From the NCBI GenBank assembly GCA_039029395.1, contig JBCCGG010000018.1, forward strand, positions 27,773 through 91,772: a stretch of DNA of 64,000 bases. Reading direction: 5' to 3'. Positions 37,603 through 48,441 of this stretch are shown here, one piece after another (within the stretch, counting starts at the first letter, position 1; each line of letters starts with the position of its first letter). The position numbers and the translations under genes were made by a program. A model generated the notes under the pieces. That model saw only the letters and a list, made by a program, of their open reading frames with translations. It was not told the DNA's origin and made no database searches. The DNA comes from Pseudomonadota bacterium. Lineage in GTDB: Bacteria > Pseudomonadota > Alphaproteobacteria > Kiloniellales > JAKSDN01.

Positions 37603-38898
37603 TCAGCCGACGAGCCATAGGGACAGGCCGGGCAGATAGGTGATTGCGAGCAAGGCAACCGTCTGGACGACAAAAAAACCGAAGACGCCCTTGTAGAGAT
37701 CGGTCAGATCGGCCGTCATCACCGATTGTGCGACGAAGAGGTTGAGGCCGAAGGGCGGCGTAAACATCCCGATGCTGAGGTTGACCGTCATGACGATACC
37801 GAAGTGGATCGGGTCGATGCCCAGCTCCAAAACGATCGGCAGAAGGATCGGCGTCAGCACCAGGATGGCCGAGGTCGGATCGATGACGCACCCCAAGGCC
37901 AGCAGCAAGACGTTGATCGCGAGGAGAAAGGTGAATCTCGAAAGCTCGGCCTGCTCGACCCAGGCGACCAACGCTTGGGGTATGCCCTGAACCGTCAGCA
38001 ACCAAGAGAACACGGCGGCGCACGAGAGGATGATCAGGATCTGACCGGTGAGCACTGCCGAATCCGAGGCCGCCTCCAGTATCTCGCCCCAACTCAAGCT
38101 CCGGTAGGCGAAGCGCGCCAGCAAGATGGCGTAGAGGCAGGCGACGCCGCCGGCCTCGGTCGGCGAGAAGTAGCCAAGATAGATCCCCATGAGCACGATC
38201 ACGGGCATGGCCAGCGCGCCGGACGCGTGAACCGTCGCGCGGGCCAGGGGCATCGTCCCACCCTCGGCGTCTCGCACCCTCTGCCCGGCAGGACCGACCG
38301 CGCCCCGCTCGGCCTTGCGCCGCACCCAGATCAGCACGAAGACCGCCATGACGACGGAGATCAATAGGCCTGGCAGGATTCCGGCGATAAACAGCTTCGG
38401 CACCGATTGCTCGGCGCTCGCGCCGTACAAGATCATCGCGATGCTGGGCGGAATCACGATGGCGACCGACCCGCTCGACGCGATCAGGCCAAGGGAAAAG
38501 CGTTTGCTGTAGCCGTCCTTTAGGAGGTCGCCATAGAGGATCCGCCCCGTTGCGGCGACCGTGGCCGGGCTCGATCCGGATACCGCGCCCAGAAGGGTGG
38601 AGGTGCAGATCGTGGTGAGCCCGAGCGCCCCGCGAATTCCGCCGAGGAGACTCTGGCTCCAGACGACCAGTCGGGCCGAGACTCCGCATCGCCCCATCAG
38701 TTCGCCGGCGAAGAGAAAAAAGGGTATGGCGAGCAGAGCGTACTGGTCGACCGCGCCATACATGACCTGGTGAATGATCAAGGGCGGGACGTTCACCACG
38801 AACAAGACGGTGGCGGTGCTGGCCGCCAACAGGACGACCCATATCGGGAATCCGAGCAGAAAAAGGGCGACCGGAACGACCAGAAGAGTCGCAATCAT
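37603..38898 (-). CDS. dctM: TRAP transporter large permease (DctM family)
   Basis: The ATG at 38898 (MIATLLVVPVALFLLGFPIW) gives 431 aa. It is polytopic and overlaps the dctQ stop by 4 nt. Confidence 0.9.
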   Translation of the reverse strand: MIATLLVVPVALFLLGFPIWVVLLAASTATVLFVVNVPPLIIHQVMYGAVDQYALLAIPFFLFAGELMGRCGVSARLVVWSQSLLGGIRGALGLTTICTSTLLGAVSGSSPATVAATGRILYGDLLKDGYSKRFSLGLIASSGSVAIVIPPSIAMILYGASAEQSVPKLFIAGILPGLLISVVMAVFVLIWVRRKAERGAVGPAGQRVRDAEGGTMPLARATVHASGALAMPVIVLMGIYLGYFSPTEAGGVACLYAILLARFAYRSLSWGEILEAASDSAVLTGQILIILSCAAVFSWLLTVQGIPQALVAWVEQAELSRFTFLLAINVLLLALGCVIDPTSAILVLTPILLPIVLELGIDPIHFGIVMTVNLSIGMFTPPFGLNLFVAQSVMTADLTDLYKGVFGFFVVQTVALLAITYLPGLSLWLVG

Positions 38899-39404
38899 GG
38901 CCCGTCCGGCCCCGCCGCGGGGTCGTCCTCCACGCCACTCCCTGATCCTGTGCGCGCGGTGGGCCGCACCGCATAGACCAGGGATATGAGGCAGATCAGG
39001 CCAAGGCCGACCGGAACCGCGCCATGGGGAACGATCATGGGAATCTCGCTCGCCATGCTGGTCTGCCCGACCCGCGCAAGGGTTTGGAGAACGCTCCAGG
39101 ATTGCCAGGTCACATAGCCGCTCAAAAGCGCCACGCAAAGGTAGCGGCCGCGGATCAGCTGGCCGCGCCAGCGCGCGCCCAAGAGTCCGGACAGTTGGTC
39201 GAAGCCCAGGTGACGCCGGTCGAGCGAAACCAAGGCGGCGCCCAGGAACACCAGCCAAACCATGGCGAACACCAGTATCTCGTCGGATCCTGGAATGGCC
39301 TTCTGAAAAAGATAGCGCCCGGCGGCATTGGCGACATTCAAGATCACCATGGCGAGCAGCAAAAGCCCGAGGGCGTAGCGAACGATGGCGCGCGCCACGC
39401 TCAT
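38895..39404 (-). CDS. dctQ: TRAP transporter small permease (DctQ family)
   Basis: 169 aa with four TM helices, directly upstream of dctM. Confidence 0.85.
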   Translation of the reverse strand: MSVARAIVRYALGLLLLAMVILNVANAAGRYLFQKAIPGSDEILVFAMVWLVFLGAALVSLDRRHLGFDQLSGLLGARWRGQLIRGRYLCVALLSGYVTWQSWSVLQTLARVGQTSMASEIPMIVPHGAVPVGLGLICLISLVYAVRPTARTGSGSGVEDDPAAGPDGP

Positions 39405-39419
39405 AGGTGGGCTCTTACA

Positions 39420-40376
39420 CTAAGCGCTTTTCGGCCCATCGTCCTTCCGATCCTGATCCTCCCTTTCCAGGGCGCGGCGGACGGCGATGAAGCGCTCGGC
39501 CCTTTTGGCGCGTAGGGCGTCGATGCCTCCCTCCTCGTAGCCGAAGATTCCCTTCCCCGTTTTGAGACCCAGCTGGCCGTCCTCCGTCCGTCGGGTGACA
39601 TAGGGGCTGACGTCGGAGCGGGTCGAGAGCGCGCCGTTCAAATAGCTTCCGACTGACTGGTAAATGTCGAGCCCGGCCATGTCGAGCAGGGCCATTGGGC
39701 CGACGATGGCCAGCTTGTAGCCGATTCCCCAGGACACGCAGGTGTCCAGATCTTCAGGCTCGATGACGCCATCCTCCACCAGATCCAAGGCTTCGCGCAT
39801 GATCGCGTAGAGTACGCGGTTTTCCACGAACCCGGGGACATCCCGCTTGACTATGACGGGGATCAGGTTGAGGCCCCGAATGGTCTCGGCCATCCACCGG
39901 GTCGTGGCGGCGCTGGTTTGCGCGCCGGCGACGACCTCTATCATGGGAATGATGTGCGGCGGATTGGACCAGTGCATCCCGATGACCCGTTCCGGTGCGG
40001 AAAGAGTCTCTTGAAGCTTGGTGATGGGAATCCCCGAGGTGTCGGACGCGATCACGCAGGATTGGCTGACCAGTCCATCGATCTCCGTCAGCACCTGGCG
40101 TTTCAGGTCCAGGTTCTCCGGTACGTTTTCGACCACTAGGTCGGCGCCCGCCACCGTTTCGGTCAAGGTCTGGCAAAAAGCAACGGCGGTCGCGTCGCCC
40201 TTGGCGGGCATGGCCAACTTGTCGAGCACGCCCGCGATAACGGCGAGGCTGGCGCGCGACCTGGCCACCGCCGCCTGGTCGACATCGAAGGCTCTCACTT
40301 GCAGACCCGCGCGCGCCATGACCGCGGCGATGCCTGCGCCCATTGTTCCTAACCCGATCACGGCTGCGATGGTCAT
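39420..40376 (-). CDS. 3-hydroxyacyl-CoA dehydrogenase family NAD-dependent oxidoreductase
   Basis: 318 aa. The Rossmann motif is AVIGLGTMGAGIA. 3HCDH signature regions: SDTSGIPI, GMHWSNPPHIIPMIEV, PGFVENR. Confidence 0.88.
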   Translation of the reverse strand: MTIAAVIGLGTMGAGIAAVMARAGLQVRAFDVDQAAVARSRASLAVIAGVLDKLAMPAKGDATAVAFCQTLTETVAGADLVVENVPENLDLKRQVLTEIDGLVSQSCVIASDTSGIPITKLQETLSAPERVIGMHWSNPPHIIPMIEVVAGAQTSAATTRWMAETIRGLNLIPVIVKRDVPGFVENRVLYAIMREALDLVEDGVIEPEDLDTCVSWGIGYKLAIVGPMALLDMAGLDIYQSVGSYLNGALSTRSDVSPYVTRRTEDGQLGLKTGKGIFGYEEGGIDALRAKRAERFIAVRRALEREDQDRKDDGPKSA

Positions 40377-40407
40377 GCGTAGGCGCCCCGGTTGTAAGAT
40401 CCTGAAT

Positions 40408-40995
40408 TTAAGCTGCCACGACCTTCTGGAAGGCTGGCCGCGCGCTCAAGCGCTGGTGCCAGGCGCGCAGGGACTCCAGCGGCGGCAGATCGACCGGGAA
40501 GTTAAGGCAGCGGTGCACGATCGGCGCGAGGCAAATGTCGGCCAGGCTGAGGTCATCGCCGGCGAGATAGGGCGATTGCGCAAGGCGGCCGTCCAGCACC
40601 AAGAGGGCCGCCACCAGTTCCTTCGCCGCCGCCTCGGGAACCGCTTGCTCCCCCTTCACCGCCTTGAAGATCGTGACATAGGGCCCGTTCAGGGAGGCAA
40701 GCAGCCAATCCATCCAAGTCTCGACCCGGCTTCGGCCGGCCGGATCGCTGGGATAGAGGGAGGCGCCCGCGGTCGCGGCGATGTAGCGCAGGACTGTGTT
40801 GGATTCCCAGATGACCTGATCGCCGTCGATCAGGGTCGGCACCTTGCCGGTCGGGTTCATCGACAGGTATTCCTCGCTGGCCGTGTTGCCGAACTGACGG
40901 CCGTAATCCTCGCGCGTGTAGCTGGCGCCGATCTCCTCGAGGAGAAGAATCACCTTCTGCACGTTGCCCGACGTGCTACGCCCCAGAACTCTCAT
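40408..40995 (-). CDS. glutathione S-transferase
   Basis: The ATG at 40995 after GGGAGGAGGG gives 195 aa. The N-terminal thioredoxin-like segment is MRVLGRSTSGNVQKV...GKVPTLIDGD, followed by a helical C-terminal domain. Confidence 0.85.
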   Translation of the reverse strand: MRVLGRSTSGNVQKVILLLEEIGASYTREDYGRQFGNTASEEYLSMNPTGKVPTLIDGDQVIWESNTVLRYIAATAGASLYPSDPAGRSRVETWMDWLLASLNGPYVTIFKAVKGEQAVPEAAAKELVAALLVLDGRLAQSPYLAGDDLSLADICLAPIVHRCLNFPVDLPPLESLRAWHQRLSARPAFQKVVAA

Positions 40996-41046
40996 GCGAA
41001 CCCTCCTCCCTTGAAAATCGTCCATGAACTCTTCGGCACGCGCGCT

Positions 41047-41442
41047 TCAAGCCTGCTGGGGGTGAAAGGCGATCGCATCCATTTCGATCTTGGTATCGAT
41101 CACCGCGCGGGCTTCGACCGTGGTGCGCGCAATTCCGCCGTCGGGGAAGTAATCCGCGAAGGCGCGGTTATAGCGTCCGAAGTTGCGGGTATCCTCCAGA
41201 TAGACGGTGATCCTGACCACGTCCTTCAGATCGGCACCGGCGGCCTTCAGGACGCGGCGGATCGACTCGATGGTCCAGCGCGTCTGCTCCTCGATCGGGC
41301 CATCGCACATCTTGCCGTTCTCGTCCTTGGCGACCTGCCCCGAGACGAAGATGAAATCGCCGGCCCGAACGGCAGGATGGAACGGCAAGTTAGGATTCTC
41401 GGTCCCGATTGGGGTGATCGCCTTGTCTCGACCTGCGTCCAT
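41047..41442 (-). CDS. RidA/YjgF family reactive-intermediate (enamine/imine) deaminase
   Basis: 131 aa. AVRAGDFIFVSGQ...VRITVYL...ARTTVEA pattern. ATG after GGGAGGGG. Confidence 0.85.
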   Translation of the reverse strand: MDAGRDKAITPIGTENPNLPFHPAVRAGDFIFVSGQVAKDENGKMCDGPIEEQTRWTIESIRRVLKAAGADLKDVVRITVYLEDTRNFGRYNRAFADYFPDGGIARTTVEARAVIDTKIEMDAIAFHPQQA

Positions 41443-41459
41443 TTGCCCCTCCCGATTGC

Positions 41460-42587
41460 TCAGAACACCGTTGTTTCCACGATATCGACCCCCCGCTGTC
41501 GATCGATCAGGTAGATCAAGCCCCGCCCATCGATCGTAACGTCGTTGGAAGAGGCCCGGTCAAACCCCTCCGGGGGATCGGACTCGTAGTAGCCGACCTC
41601 GCGCGGGCAGAACGGATCGGCGAAGTCGACCAGGCGCAATCCTTGGGCAAACCACGCGAAGGGCACGACGCTGGTGCCGGTCAGCCGCTCGGACGGCTGG
41701 TGGCAGCCGGTCATGGGTTGTTGAGCTTGGCCGTCCCGGTCGAGCCCCTCGACTTGAAATGTCGAAATGGACGTCGGGTTGCGCTCGTCTGTGATGTCGT
41801 AGACCCATGTGAAGGCCGGCGGCGAGGGATAGAGCTTGGCCACGTCCTCGTCGGCGACGATCATCACGTCGCGACCCTTGAGCGCCATCGGCATGCGCAG
41901 GCAGGTATGGGTCGGGTGCGGAAAACAGCTGCTGGTGTTGCGCGCGGAGATCAGCTTGGGCTGGGACATGTCGCTGATATCCAGCACGAAGAAACCGTGA
42001 TGCCAATAGCTGACGTAAAGCCGGTCGCCGACCCGCAGGGGGTGGTGACAGCGCGGCGGCACGTAGTCGCCCCAGGGATAGGCCTCGCCGCCGGCCTCCC
42101 ATTGGCCGGGAATCCACCAGCGGCCGACCTCCTCGGGCTTGGTCGGATCCTGAAGGTCCAGGATCATGACGATGTTGCCCACATAGCCCTCGGCGGTGGG
42201 CGAAATGTAGGCATAGCGCCCATCGAAGTCGTAGCGGTGGACGCCTTTGCCCTGTGTCGACCACTTTGCGATTTGACGAGGCTCGGACGGCGTCGAGACA
42301 TCGTAAATCCCGAGACCGCCGCCGAACTTGGGATCGCCCTCTCCCAGGCGCTCGTGATTGACCACCATGATGCCGTTCGCCGACCGCACCTTGTGGGAAT
42401 GCCATCCCTGGGGAAGCTCGATCCGCGCCAGAAGCTTGGGCGCGGTTGGATCGGCGACGTCATAGATCGACGTGCCGCTTGGCGCGCGCATGTGTCCGAC
42501 GAAAAGCAGCTCTCCGTCGATCCAGACCTGACCACCGCCGGGACAGTCGATGTGGCCAACCCGCTTCGTGTTACTGGCCTTGCCCAT
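41460..42587 (-). CDS. beta-propeller protein (LVIVD-repeat-like), unknown function
   Basis: The ATG at 42587 gives 375 aa. It has repeated strand motifs (GLGIYDVS, GFFVLDIS, GLRLVDFA, GLIYLIDRQRGVDIVE). The family name is tentative. Confidence 0.6.
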   Translation of the reverse strand: MGKASNTKRVGHIDCPGGGQVWIDGELLFVGHMRAPSGTSIYDVADPTAPKLLARIELPQGWHSHKVRSANGIMVVNHERLGEGDPKFGGGLGIYDVSTPSEPRQIAKWSTQGKGVHRYDFDGRYAYISPTAEGYVGNIVMILDLQDPTKPEEVGRWWIPGQWEAGGEAYPWGDYVPPRCHHPLRVGDRLYVSYWHHGFFVLDISDMSQPKLISARNTSSCFPHPTHTCLRMPMALKGRDVMIVADEDVAKLYPSPPAFTWVYDITDERNPTSISTFQVEGLDRDGQAQQPMTGCHQPSERLTGTSVVPFAWFAQGLRLVDFADPFCPREVGYYESDPPEGFDRASSNDVTIDGRGLIYLIDRQRGVDIVETTVF

Positions 42588-42613
42588 TCCTACCTCGCAA
42601 AAAGCCCATAGCC

Positions 42614-43771
42614 TTATGGGAAAAGTTTGACCACATCGCCGCTCTCGTCGCGCCCCCAGCGCTTGTAGAGTCCGACCTTCCTCAAGGTCGGCTCGTCGCT
42701 GGCCACGAAAAGAATGATCGGCTGATCCGTCCCGTTGACGTGCTCGACCCAACTGCCGCCGGGCACCGCCACGGTGTCGAACTGCGCCCAATCGTGGCGC
42801 TCGCCATCAATCATCGAGTATCCCGGTGGGCCCTCGAAAGGCGCCACCAACTGGTTCGCGGTCTGCTTGAGCGGCAGGGTCCGCTCGCCCGGCCGAAGCA
42901 ACTGCGCGAAGAACGTCATGGTCTGGAACACGGGCCCGCCGTTCGTCGGGTCGATGTACTCGATCTTCAAGCCGTCGTAGGGATCGCCGTCGGCGTCGGC
43001 GTTTTCGTCCAGAAACTCGCGCATGGGCGCCCAGCGATAGACGTACATGGGCGAGGCCGCGCCGGTGCCCCGGTCGTGCGGCACGAAATGGGGCTTTAGG
43101 CCGCCTCGGCCATAGATGAGCTTGGAATAGTCGGCGCCGAAGCGCGCGGTCTGCTCCATGCGCTTGGCCAGCTTGCCATCGGCCTCTTCCTTGTAATCGT
43201 GTTCGAAATAGACGGCATTCAAGGTCTCGACCAGCGGCAGGTCCAAGACCGACAGATTGATCGCCGGCTCGTCGCCTTTGTTGCCGTGGTTGTGCCAAGT
43301 ATCGTGCGGCGTGAGCACCATGTCGCCCGGCCCAAAAACGATATCCTCTCCCTCGACGCCGGTGAAGTTCTGCGCGCCGGTCAAGCCGAAGCGGATGGCG
43401 TTGGGCGAGTGCCGGTGGGGTGGCATCACCTCTTGCGGGTCGTTGAGACGGTAGGCGGTGTACATGGTCGTGACCGATGCCCGGCGCGGCGCCAAGCCCG
43501 GATTGACGAGGATCAGCGAGCGGCGCTCGGAATCGGCCATGCTGACCAATTCGGCGGAGCGCTGCAAAAGCGGCCGGATGACCTCCGCGTAGCTCCAAAC
43601 GAAGGGCACGGCCTTCGCGCTGTTCATCAGCTGCCGGACTTCGTCGTGATCGACCTTGGTCGTGGTCGCCCAGAAGGGGAACATGTGGGCTTTGTAGACG
43701 TCGTCGTAGAGGCCTTTTAGGGCCGCCTCGTGATTGCCGGCCTCATGTTCCGATGCGGTCTTGGTGCTCAT
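42614..43771 (-). CDS. gentisate 1,2-dioxygenase-type bicupin ring-cleavage dioxygenase
   Basis: 385 aa. The N-terminal cupin metal motif is MPPHRHSPNAIRF...TPHDTWHNHGN. A second cupin domain follows. It is the first gene of a 10-gene minus-strand operon. Confidence 0.8.
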   Translation of the reverse strand: MSTKTASEHEAGNHEAALKGLYDDVYKAHMFPFWATTTKVDHDEVRQLMNSAKAVPFVWSYAEVIRPLLQRSAELVSMADSERRSLILVNPGLAPRRASVTTMYTAYRLNDPQEVMPPHRHSPNAIRFGLTGAQNFTGVEGEDIVFGPGDMVLTPHDTWHNHGNKGDEPAINLSVLDLPLVETLNAVYFEHDYKEEADGKLAKRMEQTARFGADYSKLIYGRGGLKPHFVPHDRGTGAASPMYVYRWAPMREFLDENADADGDPYDGLKIEYIDPTNGGPVFQTMTFFAQLLRPGERTLPLKQTANQLVAPFEGPPGYSMIDGERHDWAQFDTVAVPGGSWVEHVNGTDQPIILFVASDEPTLRKVGLYKRWGRDESGDVVKLFP

Positions 43772-43792
43772 CGCGCGACAGCCCCTCCAAGT

Positions 43793-43815
43793 GAACCAAT
43801 ATCAAAATTGGTTTC
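43793..43815. promoter_or_regulatory. candidate operator: palindrome GAACCAAT ATCAAA ATTGGTTTC
   Basis: This inverted repeat sits 22-44 nt upstream of the dioxygenase start codon. It shares the 13-mer GAACCAATATCAA with 25956-25968. Confidence 0.55.
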
Positions 43816-44238
43816 GCTCCAAACCCTCGAACATCCTCTCCGAGATCATAGCCTTGCCGCGCGATCAATGTCAAAGCCGCGCACTGGCGCAATCTCGTGC
43901 GGCAGGCAGGAGGTAGATACGCTACAGCATACTGATATAAAACAATAAACTGTAAGCTCAACAAAACTCACGCAACGGCAGGAAGGTCCGGTATGGGGGA
44001 TCGGACCATTTAATCCGCTGGCGTGATCATTATGCTATCGGCTGGAGCAAATCCGATCGACAAGCCGGAACCAAACGCCTTTCGCGCCATCTTTCCCCTG
44101 AATGGCGACGGCTCATGCACTGGTCATATCGTCTGCGCACCCGCCATGCTTCCTCCGTTTCAACACCCCGTGGTAGGTTCACTGCGCCTCGGCGACGGAA
44201 CCTTTTGCCCGGACGTCGGGGGTATCGGAGGAAAAAGC

Positions 44239-44784
44239 GTGGGCTATTTCGACGCGCTCGCAAGCGGCGCCTTCAAGACCACCGAGGATGGGCGGCAGCT
44301 CTTCTTTCCCTGGGGCATATTGGGCCGTGGCTACCTCATCCCCAGCGAAGAGGAAGCCGACCGTCTGCGCCGGGCGATGGACAGCTATCTGAAGATTACC
44401 TTGCTTCTGGTACTGCCGGTCGCTCTTGCCGTCTTCACCTGGCTGGGATTTTGGAGCACCGCCATCCTTGTGGTCGCCGTCATCGTTCCGAGCATTTTTT
44501 GGATGCGCAGGCAATGCCGCGATCTGCAACCAAGCGAAGAACGGGTGACGCTGAGCGAAAACCTCGCAGCCCAGGCGCGGGCCCATAGCGCGCTCAGCCT
44601 GTGGTTCTTGGAGCTCGTCTCGCTCGCCTTCGTCGCGCTCGGCGTGTTTCTTCTTGTAGCTGACAGCGGAAACTGGCCGATCGCCCTCGCCTCGATCACC
44701 TTCTTCGGCCTCTGCGCGGCCGTCTTCACGACGATGCTCTTGATCCGGCGCCGCGAGAGCCGTGGGCGGGGCCCACGGCTCTGA
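44239..44784 (+). CDS. integral membrane protein, unknown function
   Basis: ORF 44023..44784; the likely GTG at 44239 follows GGAGGAAAAAGC. It has four predicted TM helices. Confidence 0.5.
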   Translation: MGYFDALASGAFKTTEDGRQLFFPWGILGRGYLIPSEEEADRLRRAMDSYLKITLLLVLPVALAVFTWLGFWSTAILVVAVIVPSIFWMRRQCRDLQPSEERVTLSENLAAQARAHSALSLWFLELVSLAFVALGVFLLVADSGNWPIALASITFFGLCAAVFTTMLLIRRRESRGRGPRL

Positions 44785-44807
44785 CGGGTCTAACGCTTGG
44801 GGGGGCC

Positions 44808-47408
<2,601 letters not shown>

Positions 47409-47546
47409 ATGTCGTGCCCTCCTCGTGCGCAGCCGCTTCGCGCAGCCTGCGATCGACGATGCTAAAAGTTAAAGACGTTCCCCCCATGGCCTCCGAAGAC
47501 AGCCAACAGCAGGGCAGCGGATCCCTCAGAAACCCGCCATATCTCC

Positions 47547-47575
47547 ATATGGGGGTGTGGCAAAAAAGACACAAG
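47547..47575 (-). promoter_or_regulatory. sigma32 (RpoH)-type heat-shock promoter of clpB
   Basis: The minus strand reads CTTGTGT-N14-CCCCATAT, about 140 nt upstream of the clpB ATG. This matches the TTGAAA-N13-15-CCCCATNT consensus. Confidence 0.6.
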
Positions 47576-47686
47576 AGGGCAAAAAGGGTTAATTCCGTAG
47601 GAAGAGAGGCCGGCAGCGGTGGCGTCCTCGGGCCGCGGCCGGCAGGCTTGGCCGAGCCGCGCCGCCCCCTTAGGATTGCCCCCGCC

Positions 47687-48439
47687 ATGTCGATCACCGT
47701 CGCAGAGATCTGCCGCTTTCCGGTCAAGGGGCTGTCCGCCGAACGCCTGGAGGAGGTCACGCTGACGGCCAACAAAGGTCTGCCCGCAGACCGCGCCTTC
47801 GCCCTGGCCCACGGGGCCGTTGAGTTGGGGGCCGGGTGGCACTCCAAGGCCAATTTCCTGACCTTGGAGAAGCACGAGAAGCTTGCCCAGCTTCGGGTTC
47901 GCTATGACGCGGAGGCCCAAGTCCTGGCAATCGACCGCGGCGGCAAGCAGGTGGTCCAGGGCCAGGTGGGCACCCCCATGGGCCGCATGCTGATCGGCCA
48001 ATTCTTCGCCTCCTTCATGGCCGGCGAGACCCGGGGCACGCCGAAGCTCTTGGCCGCCAAGGACTTCTCCTACAGCGACCGCCAGGAGGAGCTGGTCTCG
48101 CTGATCAACCTGGCCAGTGTGAGCGATCTGGAACGGGTGGTCCGGGCGCCGGTCGCCCCAGGGCGGTTTCGCGGCAACCTCTATCTAGAGGGCGTGGAGG
48201 CCTGGCAGGAAATGGCCTGGGCCGGCAAGACACTGACCCTGGGCGAAGCGCGCCTGGAGGTGCTCGAGCCGATCGGCCGCTGTGCCGCGACCAATGTCGA
48301 TCCGGAAACCGCCGCGCGGGACCTCAACCTGCCGCTCACTTTGACGCGCGGTTTCGGTCACCGCCAGATGGGCGTCTACGCCCGAGTCGCCCAGGGCGGC
48401 AGGATCGCCACCGGCAACGAGATAACCTTAAATTCTTAG
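47687..48439 (+). CDS. MOSC domain-containing protein
   Basis: The ATG at 47687 gives 250 aa. The N-terminal beta-barrel segment is ICRFPVKGL. The conserved Cys segment is EPIGRCAATNVDP. Confidence 0.8.
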   Translation: MSITVAEICRFPVKGLSAERLEEVTLTANKGLPADRAFALAHGAVELGAGWHSKANFLTLEKHEKLAQLRVRYDAEAQVLAIDRGGKQVVQGQVGTPMGRMLIGQFFASFMAGETRGTPKLLAAKDFSYSDRQEELVSLINLASVSDLERVVRAPVAPGRFRGNLYLEGVEAWQEMAWAGKTLTLGEARLEVLEPIGRCAATNVDPETAARDLNLPLTLTRGFGHRQMGVYARVAQGGRIATGNEITLNS

Positions 48440-48441
48440 GC

